From Methanomassiliicoccaceae archaeon (lineage in GTDB: Archaea > Thermoplasmatota > Thermoplasmata > Methanomassiliicoccales > UBA472), in the NCBI GenBank assembly GCA_963827135.1, contig CAWGZX010000005.1, positions 392,176 to 456,175 on the forward strand: 64,000 bases of DNA, read 5' to 3'. A program made the translations under genes and the position numbers. Below the pieces are notes generated by a model. It was not told the origin of the DNA and made no database searches. It saw only the letters and a program-made list of their open reading frames with translations. Positions 36,834 to 45,891 of the stretch are shown one piece after another; the stretch's first letter is position 1; every line of letters starts with the position of its first letter.

Positions 36834-37973
36834 ATGATTCAGAATTATCAAATCTGCACACGTTGTGTGATGGATAGTTCGGACCCCTCCATTTCTTTTG
36901 ACGGTAATGGGGTGTGCAATCATTGCCATAGGCGCGATGATATGATCAGTAGATTTGTTTTTGATGGTGAAGCTGGCAAGATCGCTTTAGATAAAAATGT
37001 GGCCAAAATCAAGAAAGAGGGCATAGGTAAAGATTATGATTGCATCATGGGAGTAAGCGGTGGCGTCGACAGCAGCTATGTTACCTATATTGTCAAGAAG
37101 CTTGGGCTCCGGCCATTAGCAATCCATCTGGATAATGGATGGGATAGCGAGCTTGCTGTGAAGAACATTGAATTATTGATGACGAAACTCGGATACGACC
37201 TTTATACAGAGGTTCTAGATTGGGAGCAATTCAGGGACCTCCAGCTCTCCTTCCTTAAGGCCTCGACCCCTGATTCTGAGATACCTTCGGATCACGCGAT
37301 TGCCGCGATATTGAGGCATAAGGCCGAAGAGCTGGGCGTTAGCACTGTGATCATCGGTACCAATTACAGAACCGAGAGCCATCTCCCCATAGCTTGGTCG
37401 TATGGAGCACAGGATTGGAGGTATATCCATGCGGTACATTCTACATTTGGCTCGGCGCCACTTAGGGGTTTCCCTCATTACGACGCATTCCAGAATTGGA
37501 TATTCAAGGTCAGGCTGCGAAGCTTTCCGATCTTGAACTATCTAGACTATAACAAAACGATTGCCATAGATGTTCTGGAGAAAGAAATTGGATGGAAGTA
37601 TTACGGACAAAAGCACTATGAATCCATCTATACCAGATTCTTCCAAGGATACATCCTTCCCAAGAAGTTCGGGTTCGACAAGAGGCGGGCACATTATTCG
37701 AGCCTTATCTGCTCAGGAGAGATTACTCGAGAAAGGGCGCTCCAAGAATTGGAGAAGCCCCCCTACCCACTTGACCGGCAAGAATCTGATAAGCAATACG
37801 TGATCAAGAAACTCGGCATAGGTCCTGATGAATTCGAGAGGATAATGTCCCTCCCGCCAAAGACCTATCATGATTACCCCAATTATAACGACATGAACTT
37901 CATCGTCAAGAACAAGGAGCTTTTCACCATCCTGCAACAGGCCAATAGGAAGATGAGACTCGTTGGCCAGTGA
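36834..37973 (+). CDS. N-acetyl-sugar amidotransferase (PP-loop, WbpG/WbuX family), intact copy 2
   Basis: ICTRCVMDSS...CNHC zinc ribbon and PP-loop MGVSGGVDSS. Full length is 379 aa. Confidence 0.8.
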   Translation: MIQNYQICTRCVMDSSDPSISFDGNGVCNHCHRRDDMISRFVFDGEAGKIALDKNVAKIKKEGIGKDYDCIMGVSGGVDSSYVTYIVKKLGLRPLAIHLDNGWDSELAVKNIELLMTKLGYDLYTEVLDWEQFRDLQLSFLKASTPDSEIPSDHAIAAILRHKAEELGVSTVIIGTNYRTESHLPIAWSYGAQDWRYIHAVHSTFGSAPLRGFPHYDAFQNWIFKVRLRSFPILNYLDYNKTIAIDVLEKEIGWKYYGQKHYESIYTRFFQGYILPKKFGFDKRRAHYSSLICSGEITRERALQELEKPPYPLDRQESDKQYVIKKLGIGPDEFERIMSLPPKTYHDYPNYNDMNFIVKNKELFTILQQANRKMRLVGQ

Positions 37974-37979
37974 AGCCGC

Positions 37980-38738
37980 TTATGACAATACAGTCTTCAA
38001 CCGGTCCGTATCAGGAAAGTTAATCAAGACCGCTCTATGTTTCCCGTAATAGACGAAGAGACTACCTGCGACTACGGCTGACGCTCCTGACCTCACGGCA
38101 TCGCTAAAGTGCTCGATCTTGCCTGCCCCTCCAGATGCAAGCACGGGAACGCTAACTGAGCTCGATACCCTCTTTATCAATTCGAGATCGTAACCGTTCA
38201 TGGTGCCATCACGCTCTATGGAGGTGAGCAGTATCTCCCCGGCGCCAAGCCTTTCCATGTTCTTGGCGTGTTCGACGGGATCTAAGCCAGTCCTCTCCCT
38301 ACCCCCATTAGTGTGAACCTCGTAACCGCCATTAGCGCCCTTCCTCACATCTATAGAGACAACGATGCTCTGAGACCCGAACTCCTTGGAGCCCTTTTGA
38401 ACGAGGTCCGGACTTCTGACCGCTTCCGCGTTGATGATGACCTTCTCATATCCCATTGACAGGACCTTGCGTATGTCCTGGACGGCCCTTATCCCACCGC
38501 CATACCCAATAGGCATGAAGCACTCGCCCGCGATCTCAGAGAGGTAATTGAAGTCTGGACTTTTCCTTTCTGGCGTGGCTGAGATGTCCAGGATGGCGAG
38601 CTCATAAGCCTCTTTATCGTTAAAGAGCTTCACGATGTTGATCGGATCGCCGAGATAACGAGGAGAATTGAATTGGATTGTCTTGTAGAATCCATGGTCC
38701 TTCATTAAAAGGCAAGGGATCACTCGGGTTCTTATCAA
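37980..38738 (-). CDS. HisF-like cyclase subunit (WbuZ-like), copy 2
   Basis: RVIPCLLMKD..., GAGEILLTSIERDGTMNGYD and ASGGAG. By eye, under half of residues are identical to copy 1. Confidence 0.8.
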   Translation of the reverse strand: MIRTRVIPCLLMKDHGFYKTIQFNSPRYLGDPINIVKLFNDKEAYELAILDISATPERKSPDFNYLSEIAGECFMPIGYGGGIRAVQDIRKVLSMGYEKVIINAEAVRSPDLVQKGSKEFGSQSIVVSIDVRKGANGGYEVHTNGGRERTGLDPVEHAKNMERLGAGEILLTSIERDGTMNGYDLELIKRVSSSVSVPVLASGGAGKIEHFSDAVRSGASAVVAGSLFVYYGKHRAVLINFPDTDRLKTVLS

Positions 38739-38741
38739 GGG

Positions 38742-39356
38742 TTACACCATCTTTGCGAAGTTCTTCAGGAGTTGCATCCCCCATCTCAGGCTCTTCTCAG
38801 GATGGAATTGGGTTCCAAGGATGTTCTCGTGGCCGACCACGGAAGTGAAGTCGATGCCATAGTTGGATTGTGCGAGCATGTCAGACTCGAGACTACACTT
38901 AACATGGTAGGAGTGCACGAAATAGTATCTTGAATCCGAATTGATGCCAGTCAACAAAGGATGTTCCTGCAATATTCTCAATGCGTTCCATCCCATGTTG
39001 GGTATTTTCCTGGATTCGTCTCTTTCGAATCTAAATTTAATGGTCTCCGCATCTATCCAGGAAAGCCCCTTCAGATCCCCCTCTTCGCTTCGTCTTCCCA
39101 ATATCTGCATCCCTAGGCAAATCCCCAATATCGGCTTCCTCTCATCCAAGACCAATCGGTTCAAGACCTCTATCAACCCTAGGTCGGAAAGGTTCTTCAT
39201 CCCAGTATCGAAGGCGCCGACACCCGGTATTATCAATTTGGTAGCTTTTTCGAGCTCCTCCCTCTTGGAAGTGACGACTGCCTCCTCCCCGATCTTATTG
39301 AGCATGTTCTTGATGGATGCTAGGTTTCCAACACCATAATCGACGATTGCTATCAT
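38742..39356 (-). CDS. HisH-like glutamine amidotransferase (WbuY-like), copy 2
   Basis: IAIVDYGVGNLASI, GICLGMQIL and TQFHPEKS. Confidence 0.8.
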   Translation of the reverse strand: MIAIVDYGVGNLASIKNMLNKIGEEAVVTSKREELEKATKLIIPGVGAFDTGMKNLSDLGLIEVLNRLVLDERKPILGICLGMQILGRRSEEGDLKGLSWIDAETIKFRFERDESRKIPNMGWNALRILQEHPLLTGINSDSRYYFVHSYHVKCSLESDMLAQSNYGIDFTSVVGHENILGTQFHPEKSLRWGMQLLKNFAKMV

Positions 39357-39374
39357 GCCAGGACTCCCAAAAAC

Positions 39375-40525
39375 CTATTTCATTATCTCATTTACAATTG
39401 CGTCGAGCTCCTTCATGTTGCTCTCCGAGGATAGGGGCTTGGCGGCTGCATCGGATCGCTCTTTGAAGTCCATTACCTCTTGTTCGCTCAGTCTATTCAA
39501 TTTCTTGGCCATGCTATCGACGTTGAATTCGTCACAGACCACACCCAACCCGTAATCATCGACTAGACGCTTGATGTCTGGTAAGGGTGTGACCGCGACC
39601 GCGAGCCTGGCTTGGACATACTCGAACAGCTTATTGGGTAGGGAATGGGCCAGGTTGAAGTTCAGGGGCTCTTGAAAGAAGATTCCAATATCATACTGGT
39701 TGCAGGTGGTTATGAGCTCCTGCATAGGGATGGGGTCGTGGATCCTCACACGCTCAAGTGGCGTCGCCTTTCTTTTCATCTTCTCAAGATAGGAAGGGTC
39801 ACGAGGCATCAAATACAGATCTAGACTGAAACGGTCATCCAGCAAGGATACTAGGTTCAGGTAGTTCTCGATCTTGCGATTGGGGTTAGCGTTGCCATGG
39901 TGAACTAGTCTTATCCTTCCTTCTTCGACCGGCGTGGCCTCATCTCACGGTAATCAGGTGCATTGGTGATAACCTTGGCCTGGACATGGTAATTGCGCGA
40001 ATATTCGTCGGCGATGCCCTGTGACACCGTGGTCATCGCCGCACAGCTCTTCAGGTAGGTCTTGCATATCCAGTCCATATATTCACGCATGAAGAAACGC
40101 CATGTCCACCGGTCCTCGATTTGCCGAGGGGCGTATTCATGCGCATCATGTAAAACTGGTGCCCCTTGCGCCCAAGAAAACACCAATGGAAGGGAATCGC
40201 TATCATTGGCCATCACCAGGTCGAAGCTGTCGGCTTTTAGGCTCTCCAGCACCGTCTTCACATCGAAGGTGGCTTCGTAATATCCTAAGAAGTTGTGCGT
40301 CTTGAGCATTATGGCGCGCTTGGCCTTGCTCACTATGCCTTTGCCTATCTCCTTAATAGGTATATGCGTCACCCCGGCCAATCCTGAGTCACCGAAACCA
40401 AGGGTGGCGACCTCATATTTCGAGGACAAATGTTTAGTCTGGCGGTAAACACGTGGATCGCGCTTGATGTCGGAGAGGGAGACAATGAGGACCCGCTTCC
40501 TCGCGCTCATCTCAGAGCCCCCCAT
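39375..40525 (-). pseudogene. glycosyltransferase (GT-B, GT4-like), split by a -1 frameshift as assembled
   Basis: N-half ORF 39911-40525. The C-half frame is open from 39944 downward (…EEGRIRLVHHGNANPNRKIE…). Both frames are open only across 39914-39944. Confidence 0.7.
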
Positions 40526-41610
40526 AGGCCTTCAGCAGCCTCTCCCTCATGATCTTCCAGTTGTACTTGTCCTCCGCCGCCTTCCTGGCCTTGGCGGACA
40601 TGGACCGCCAAGAAATTTCATCCCTTAATTTGTCTAAGGCTGAAAGGAAGGCCTCCGTGCTCCAGTCCATGGTTATGCCGCATCCCTCTTCCTCGATTAT
40701 CTTAGCTGTGAGCGTCCCCCTAGTGGTGATGACTGGCACGCCTACGGCCATCGCCTCAAGGAGCTTGACCGGGGTGGCGATGCGATAGTTCTCGTTGCTC
40801 GGGTCCAATAAGGACACGACCGCATCCGCCTCACTAGTTTCCTGGAGGATGGCTTTCTGGTCGACATATCCGAGGAATGGAGATCCTAGGGCATTGGCTC
40901 GCCGCATCCCTTACTTGTGGCTCGTACCTGCCCCGGCCAGCGATGCGCAAGGTGCATCCCTCATTCCTCTTCACGACCTCAAGCAACTCGAGAACATACC
41001 TCCCTGGCTCCAAGGCACCGCCGTAGAAGAGGGCCACCTTGTCCCTTGCGCCTTTCTTCGTGGGTGGCGCCGGGGGCAGGTCGATGCAGTTCATGACCAC
41101 GACCTTCTCTTGTTTGGTGCCAGCAGCTAGATGCTCCATGATGGGCTCGTTGGCCGCGATCACTAGGTCCGCCTTGCCCACCAGACGGGACTCCCAGCGA
41201 TCGATCATGTTCGCGACCTTGGCTGACATGTCCAGCATGATCATCTTGGCATAATGCTCGTGGGAATCGTAGACCAGCTTCGCGCCTTTCATCTTTGCTA
41301 TAAGAACCGCTTGGGGAAGGGTGTCGAAATCGTGGGCGTGGACGACCTGGCAATCTGACCGGAGACCCTTGAGCACCACCTTGAGGAAGAATACCGGAAG
41401 ACCGACGAAGAAGCGCCCCTTAGCAAAACGCGTCGGCACCCTGAGGACCTCAAAGCCTTCCCCTTGCATTGATGGTGGCATAGCTCCTTCTCGGTCCCAG
41501 GCCAGGACCTTCACCTCGTATCCAGCGGATGATAACGCCTTGGCCTCCTTCTCCACCCTGGGGTCGGGAAGGAACGGATTGGAGAGGAGCATGAGCACTT
41601 TCTTGGGCAT
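40512..41610 (-). pseudogene. GT4-family glycosyltransferase, split by a frameshift as assembled
   Basis: N-part ends …LRIAGRGRYEPQV. The C-part starts MRRANALGSPFLGYVDQ… one frame over. The junction is at GTAAGGGATG (40907-40916). Confidence 0.75.
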
Positions 41611-41627
41611 GCTCCGCTACTGCCTCC

Positions 41628-42572
41628 TCACACAGGGACGGTGCATCCCTTGGCCAGGGACTGTTTCGTCTTCTCTATCAGTTCCACGGTCCTCAGCCCC
41701 ACGTTCCCAGAGTTGCGCGTCTCGGTCATCGGGTCCCCGATGCTCTGCAGGAAGTGCATTAGTTCCGTACGAATGGTGTTGTTGCGCTCCACCCCGAGCC
41801 GGTAGGTGTATCCTGACTCGTAAATCATGATCTCCTGGGCCACGGCATCGATGTACGCGGAGCGATTCTCACCGATGACGCTGATCTGCCTGACCTTCTT
41901 CGGCGAGAGCCAGCTCAGGGTGGCATGAGAGACCGCCCCCGAGCCCATCTCCGAGACGATGTAGGCCATCTCCTCCTGCTCCTTGCGCCTGAAGGGCTTG
42001 GCCACGCAGGTGACCTTGACCGGCCACTCGTCCATCAGGTAGTTTATGATATCAAAATAGTGAGGAGCCAGGTCGACGATCACATCCCGGTCGGAGAAAG
42101 GCTGCTCCAGGTTGGTCCATTCCATCTCCAAAAGGAAGACGCGTCCGAAGAACCTCTCCTTGATGAGTCGACGTATCTCGGCCAGCGCATTGTTGAAGCG
42201 ATAGATGTGCCCGACGCTGAGGGTGAGGTTCTTCCTTTCCGCCAGCTCCACCAGCTGCATCCCTTCCTCGGTCGTCAGCGTCATGGGCTTCTCGACAAGA
42301 ACGTGCTTCCCTCTTTCTAGGGCCTCTTTGCATGCGGGGAAGTGGAGGGCGTTTGGGAGGCAGACGTTCACGGCCTTGATATCGGGTATAGCCAGCACTT
42401 CCCGATAGTCGTGGAAGAGCCCTTCGACCCCATAGCGGTCCTTGGCCTGCTCCAGGTTCTTGTCGGAGAGGTCGGAGACCGCCCTGACCTTGACATTCGG
42501 GATGGCGGACCATTCCTCAACGATCTTCCGGCCCCAGTAGCCCACACCGAGGACGCCCACCTGGATCTTCAT
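41628..42572 (-). CDS. Gfo/Idh/MocA oxidoreductase (WbpB-like UDP-sugar 3-dehydrogenase candidate)
   Basis: KIQVGVLGVGYWGRK Rossmann N-terminus, placed between a DegT aminotransferase gene and GT genes. Confidence 0.7.
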   Translation of the reverse strand: MKIQVGVLGVGYWGRKIVEEWSAIPNVKVRAVSDLSDKNLEQAKDRYGVEGLFHDYREVLAIPDIKAVNVCLPNALHFPACKEALERGKHVLVEKPMTLTTEEGMQLVELAERKNLTLSVGHIYRFNNALAEIRRLIKERFFGRVFLLEMEWTNLEQPFSDRDVIVDLAPHYFDIINYLMDEWPVKVTCVAKPFRRKEQEEMAYIVSEMGSGAVSHATLSWLSPKKVRQISVIGENRSAYIDAVAQEIMIYESGYTYRLGVERNNTIRTELMHFLQSIGDPMTETRNSGNVGLRTVELIEKTKQSLAKGCTVPV

Positions 42573-42575
42573 TTC

Positions 42576-43676
42576 CTATTTCCCCCAATAGAACTCCTTG
42601 ATCGCCGCGCAGACCTCCTTGACGTCGGATTCCTTGAGCGCGGGGAAGATGGGCAGGGACATCAGCTGATTGGATAGCGCCTCGCTCACCGGGAAGTCTC
42701 CCTCCTTGTAACCATACATCTGCTGGTATATGGGCTGGAGGTGGATCGGCACTGGATAGTGCACACCGACCTCGATGCCCTTGGCCTCCATGTGCTTGGC
42801 CAGCTCGTCTCTATGCTTGCAGCGGATGACGTAGAGATGGAAGACTGGAGTTACGTCCTTGTCACCCATGGAAGGGACGACGACCTGCTCCAAGCCCTTG
42901 AGCTCGTGGGAGTAGAGCTTGGCCAGTTCCCTTCGGCGTTCGTTGTACTTCTCGAGATTTCGCAGCTGCACCCGCCCGATGGCGGCGTTGCAGGTGTTCA
43001 GCCTCGAGGTGTAGCCGACGACGTCGTGCACATATCGCGAGACGCGGCCGCAATCGCGCAGCTTGGAGACCTCCTTGACCAGCTTGTCGTCGTTGGTGGT
43101 GATCATGCCCCCGTCCCCGCCCACGGTCATGTTCTTGGTGGGGTAGAAGGAGAAGCAGCCCACGTCCCCCATCGACCCGGCCCTCTTGCCCTTGTAGACG
43201 GCGCCATGTGCCTGGCAGGCGTCCTCGACCAGTAGCAGTTTCTTCTTACGACAGATCTCCACCAGGGGGTCCATATCGGTCGGGTTGCCATAGAGGTGCA
43301 CCGGCAGGACGCCCGCGGTGGTGTCGCGGATGGCCTTGACCACCTTGATGGGGTCGATGTTGTAGTCCCTCTCGCTGGAATCCGCGAAGGTGGGCTTGGC
43401 ACCCGCTTCGATGACCGCATTGGCGGTGGCGATGAAAGAGAATGGAGTGGTCAGGACCTCTTTACCGCCGACCTTGGCCGCGATCATGGCAAGCTGAAGC
43501 GCATTGGTCCCCGAAGAGCAGGAGATGGCGTACTTGGTTCCGGTGAACCTCGCGAACTCTTCCTCGAACTTCTTGACGCTCTCTCCCATGACCAGGCGCT
43601 CGTTCCTCAGAGCGGAGGCCGCGGCCTCGATCATCTCATCGGTCATCTCTGGTCTGCCCAGTGGTATCTTTGCCAT
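42576..43676 (-). CDS. DegT/DnrJ/EryC1 aminotransferase (WbpE-like)
   Basis: 366-aa PLP fold with SFYPTKNMTVGGDGG (Lys site). Confidence 0.8.
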   Translation of the reverse strand: MAKIPLGRPEMTDEMIEAAASALRNERLVMGESVKKFEEEFARFTGTKYAISCSSGTNALQLAMIAAKVGGKEVLTTPFSFIATANAVIEAGAKPTFADSSERDYNIDPIKVVKAIRDTTAGVLPVHLYGNPTDMDPLVEICRKKKLLLVEDACQAHGAVYKGKRAGSMGDVGCFSFYPTKNMTVGGDGGMITTNDDKLVKEVSKLRDCGRVSRYVHDVVGYTSRLNTCNAAIGRVQLRNLEKYNERRRELAKLYSHELKGLEQVVVPSMGDKDVTPVFHLYVIRCKHRDELAKHMEAKGIEVGVHYPVPIHLQPIYQQMYGYKEGDFPVSEALSNQLMSLPIFPALKESDVKEVCAAIKEFYWGK

Positions 43677-43680
43677 GCTC

Positions 43681-44163
43681 TCACTCCAGTTTCTTTATGA
43701 CCTTGGCCGGGTTGCCAACTACCAATGCACCGGGAGGAACGTCCTTGGTGACGATCGCTCCCGCCCCGACCATCGCCCTCTCTCCTATGGTGACGCCACA
43801 GATGATGGTGGCGTTGGCCCCTATCGAAGCGCCCTTCTTTACCCTCGTCGAGGTGATGCTCCAGTCGCCAGTGGCGTGTGGATGCAGGTCATTCGTGAAT
43901 GTCGCGTGAGGGCCCACGAAGACCTCATCCTCGATGGTGACCCCTGAAGGGATGAAGGCATAGGCTTCGATCTTGCAGCGGTCCCCGATGACCACTCCGC
44001 GCTGGATCTCGACGAAGGCGGCGATCTTGCAGTCGCTACCGATCTTGCATCCGTACAGGTTCACGAAGTCACGGACCACCGTGCCCTCGCCTATGTCGCA
44101 ATCGTTGATGGAGTAATGCTTGGCGTAAAGCTTGTACTTGGGGACCTTCGGTTCCACGCTCAT
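43681..44163 (-). CDS. hexapeptide-repeat N-acetyltransferase (WbpD-like)
   Basis: Left-handed beta-helix repeats throughout. ATG at 44163 is preferred, since the longer N-terminus to 44265 is non-homologous and basic. Confidence 0.75.
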   Translation of the reverse strand: MSVEPKVPKYKLYAKHYSINDCDIGEGTVVRDFVNLYGCKIGSDCKIAAFVEIQRGVVIGDRCKIEAYAFIPSGVTIEDEVFVGPHATFTNDLHPHATGDWSITSTRVKKGASIGANATIICGVTIGERAMVGAGAIVTKDVPPGALVVGNPAKVIKKLE

Positions 44164-44356
44164 CTGGCGCGCGATGGCGATGAAGGGATTAAAAGTTTGT
44201 TTTTGGTTGGCGCCGCTCGAATTCGCCCAAGCTGGACGAGGCCGATTCCGCCAATCCACGGACAAATGGCGGTCACATCAATGTCTGGTCGTCCCCCTAC
44301 CAATCTCATTGGCCATCAATACCTATTAATCGTGCGACGATGTTCGCGGGCGCATA

Positions 44357-45169
44357 ATGTTGGTCAGCGTCGTCCTGAACATCATGAACGAGGAGAAGAA
44401 CATAGCCGACCTCCTCGACTCCCTGGTCACGCAGGAAGGCCCGCTCGAGATCGTGGTGGTGGACGCGAATTCGCGCGACCGGACTCGGGAGATAGTCGAA
44501 AGATATGTCCAGCAGTACCCTGGGCTGGTCAGGATGTACATCAAGCCCGGCTCCCGGGGGCTCAGCACCAACTACGGCATCTCCCAGGCGAAGGGCGACA
44601 TCATCGCCATCACTGGCGGCGATTGCATCGCCAACCCCTTCTGGATAAGGGAGCTACGCAAGAGCGTTATGGAGGGCAACGCCGTCGTGGCTGGCAAGAC
44701 CATCAACATGGGCCTGAAGGCCTGGGAGGAGCTGGACCGGGTCGAGCTGTTCTACAAGGGCGTCGACCTCTCCTACCCGAGCTGCAACGAGGCCTTCATG
44801 CGCGAGGTGCTGGAGAAGGTCGGAGGGTTCGACACCTGGTTCATCACCGCCGAGGACATCGACCTGAACTACCGGGCGGTGGACGCGGGTTACAAGATCG
44901 TATACAACCCCCACGCCGTCATCTACCATCGCACCAAGGCCACCTTGTACCGTTTCTACAAGCAGGCCTTCTGGAACGGGGCGGGGCGCAAGCAGCTCAC
45001 CCTGAAGCATGGGCGCCTCTGGGGCAACTACGACCCCATGCGCATGATAAGGCAGAAGATGACCTTCTGGTCCTTCACCAGGCTGGTCGTCGCCGTCATG
45101 GGCTACGTCGGCTTCAAGCTCTTCGACGCCAAGGGCGCCTACGGCAAGAAGATGCTGAGGGCCAAGTAA
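44357..45169 (+). CDS. family 2 glycosyltransferase
   Basis: VSVVLNIMNEEKNI...VVVDANSRDRT and a DxD-like AEDID. Confidence 0.8.
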   Translation: MLVSVVLNIMNEEKNIADLLDSLVTQEGPLEIVVVDANSRDRTREIVERYVQQYPGLVRMYIKPGSRGLSTNYGISQAKGDIIAITGGDCIANPFWIRELRKSVMEGNAVVAGKTINMGLKAWEELDRVELFYKGVDLSYPSCNEAFMREVLEKVGGFDTWFITAEDIDLNYRAVDAGYKIVYNPHAVIYHRTKATLYRFYKQAFWNGAGRKQLTLKHGRLWGNYDPMRMIRQKMTFWSFTRLVVAVMGYVGFKLFDAKGAYGKKMLRAK

Positions 45170-45192
45170 GCCCTATCAGGAGCTATTATATC

Positions 45193-45891
45193 ATGTCAGC
45201 ATTTACCGGTAGAGCTGGTGCCGCACTGAAGGTCAGCATTGTCATCCCTACCATGAACGAGGAGAAGTCCATAGGCGCGGTCATGGACTCGGTCAACTCC
45301 ACCATGAGCGCTAGCTCCTACGGCTACGAGGTGCTGATCGTCGACCTCTCCAAGGACCGGACGAGGGAGATCGCCACCTCCAAAGGGGCGAGGGTGGTGG
45401 ACGAGCCGCGGCGGGGATATGGCCGGGCCTATAAGTCAGGCTTCGAGGCGGCCACGGGCGAGATCATCGCCACCTTGGATGCGGACTGCACCTATCCCGC
45501 CGAGGACATCCCCAAGCTAGCGGACATGCTCCAGGCCGAGGGTCTGGACTTCATCACCACCGACCGCTTCGCCGCTATGGAGGAGGGGGCGATGAGCGGC
45601 ATGCACCGTTTCGGCAACAAGGTCCTCACCTTGACGTCGAGGGTGCTCTTCAAAGTTCATTTCCATGATTCCCAGAGCGGGATGTGGGTGTTCCGCAAGG
45701 ATTGCCTGTCCGAGCTGGTGCTGGAGGACGATGGCATGCCCTTCTCCGAGGAGATCAAGATCGAGGCCTTCAGGAAGCTCCGGGCCAAGGAGGTCCCCAT
45801 CGTCTACAGGAAGAGGGTGGGCGAGGTCAAGCTGTCCTCCTGGAAGGACGGCTGGAAGAACTTTAAGTTCCTGTGGAAGAAGAGGTTCTAG
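45193..45891 (+). CDS. family 2 glycosyltransferase (dolichyl-phosphate hexose synthase-like)
   Basis: VSIVIPTMNEEKSI...LIVDLSKDRT...LDADCTYP. ATG at 45193 lies inside a longer spurious ORF. Confidence 0.8.
   Translation: MSAFTGRAGAALKVSIVIPTMNEEKSIGAVMDSVNSTMSASSYGYEVLIVDLSKDRTREIATSKGARVVDEPRRGYGRAYKSGFEAATGEIIATLDADCTYPAEDIPKLADMLQAEGLDFITTDRFAAMEEGAMSGMHRFGNKVLTLTSRVLFKVHFHDSQSGMWVFRKDCLSELVLEDDGMPFSEEIKIEAFRKLRAKEVPIVYRKRVGEVKLSSWKDGWKNFKFLWKKRF

Noticed and set aside
44116-45192. N-terminal 359 codons of a 591-aa ORF overlapping the GT2 gene in another frame
   Set aside because: The composition is Arg/Gly/Pro-rich nonsense. The real genes are the GT2 at 44357-45169 and the GT2 that starts at ATG 45193 in the same frame as this ORF's tail.
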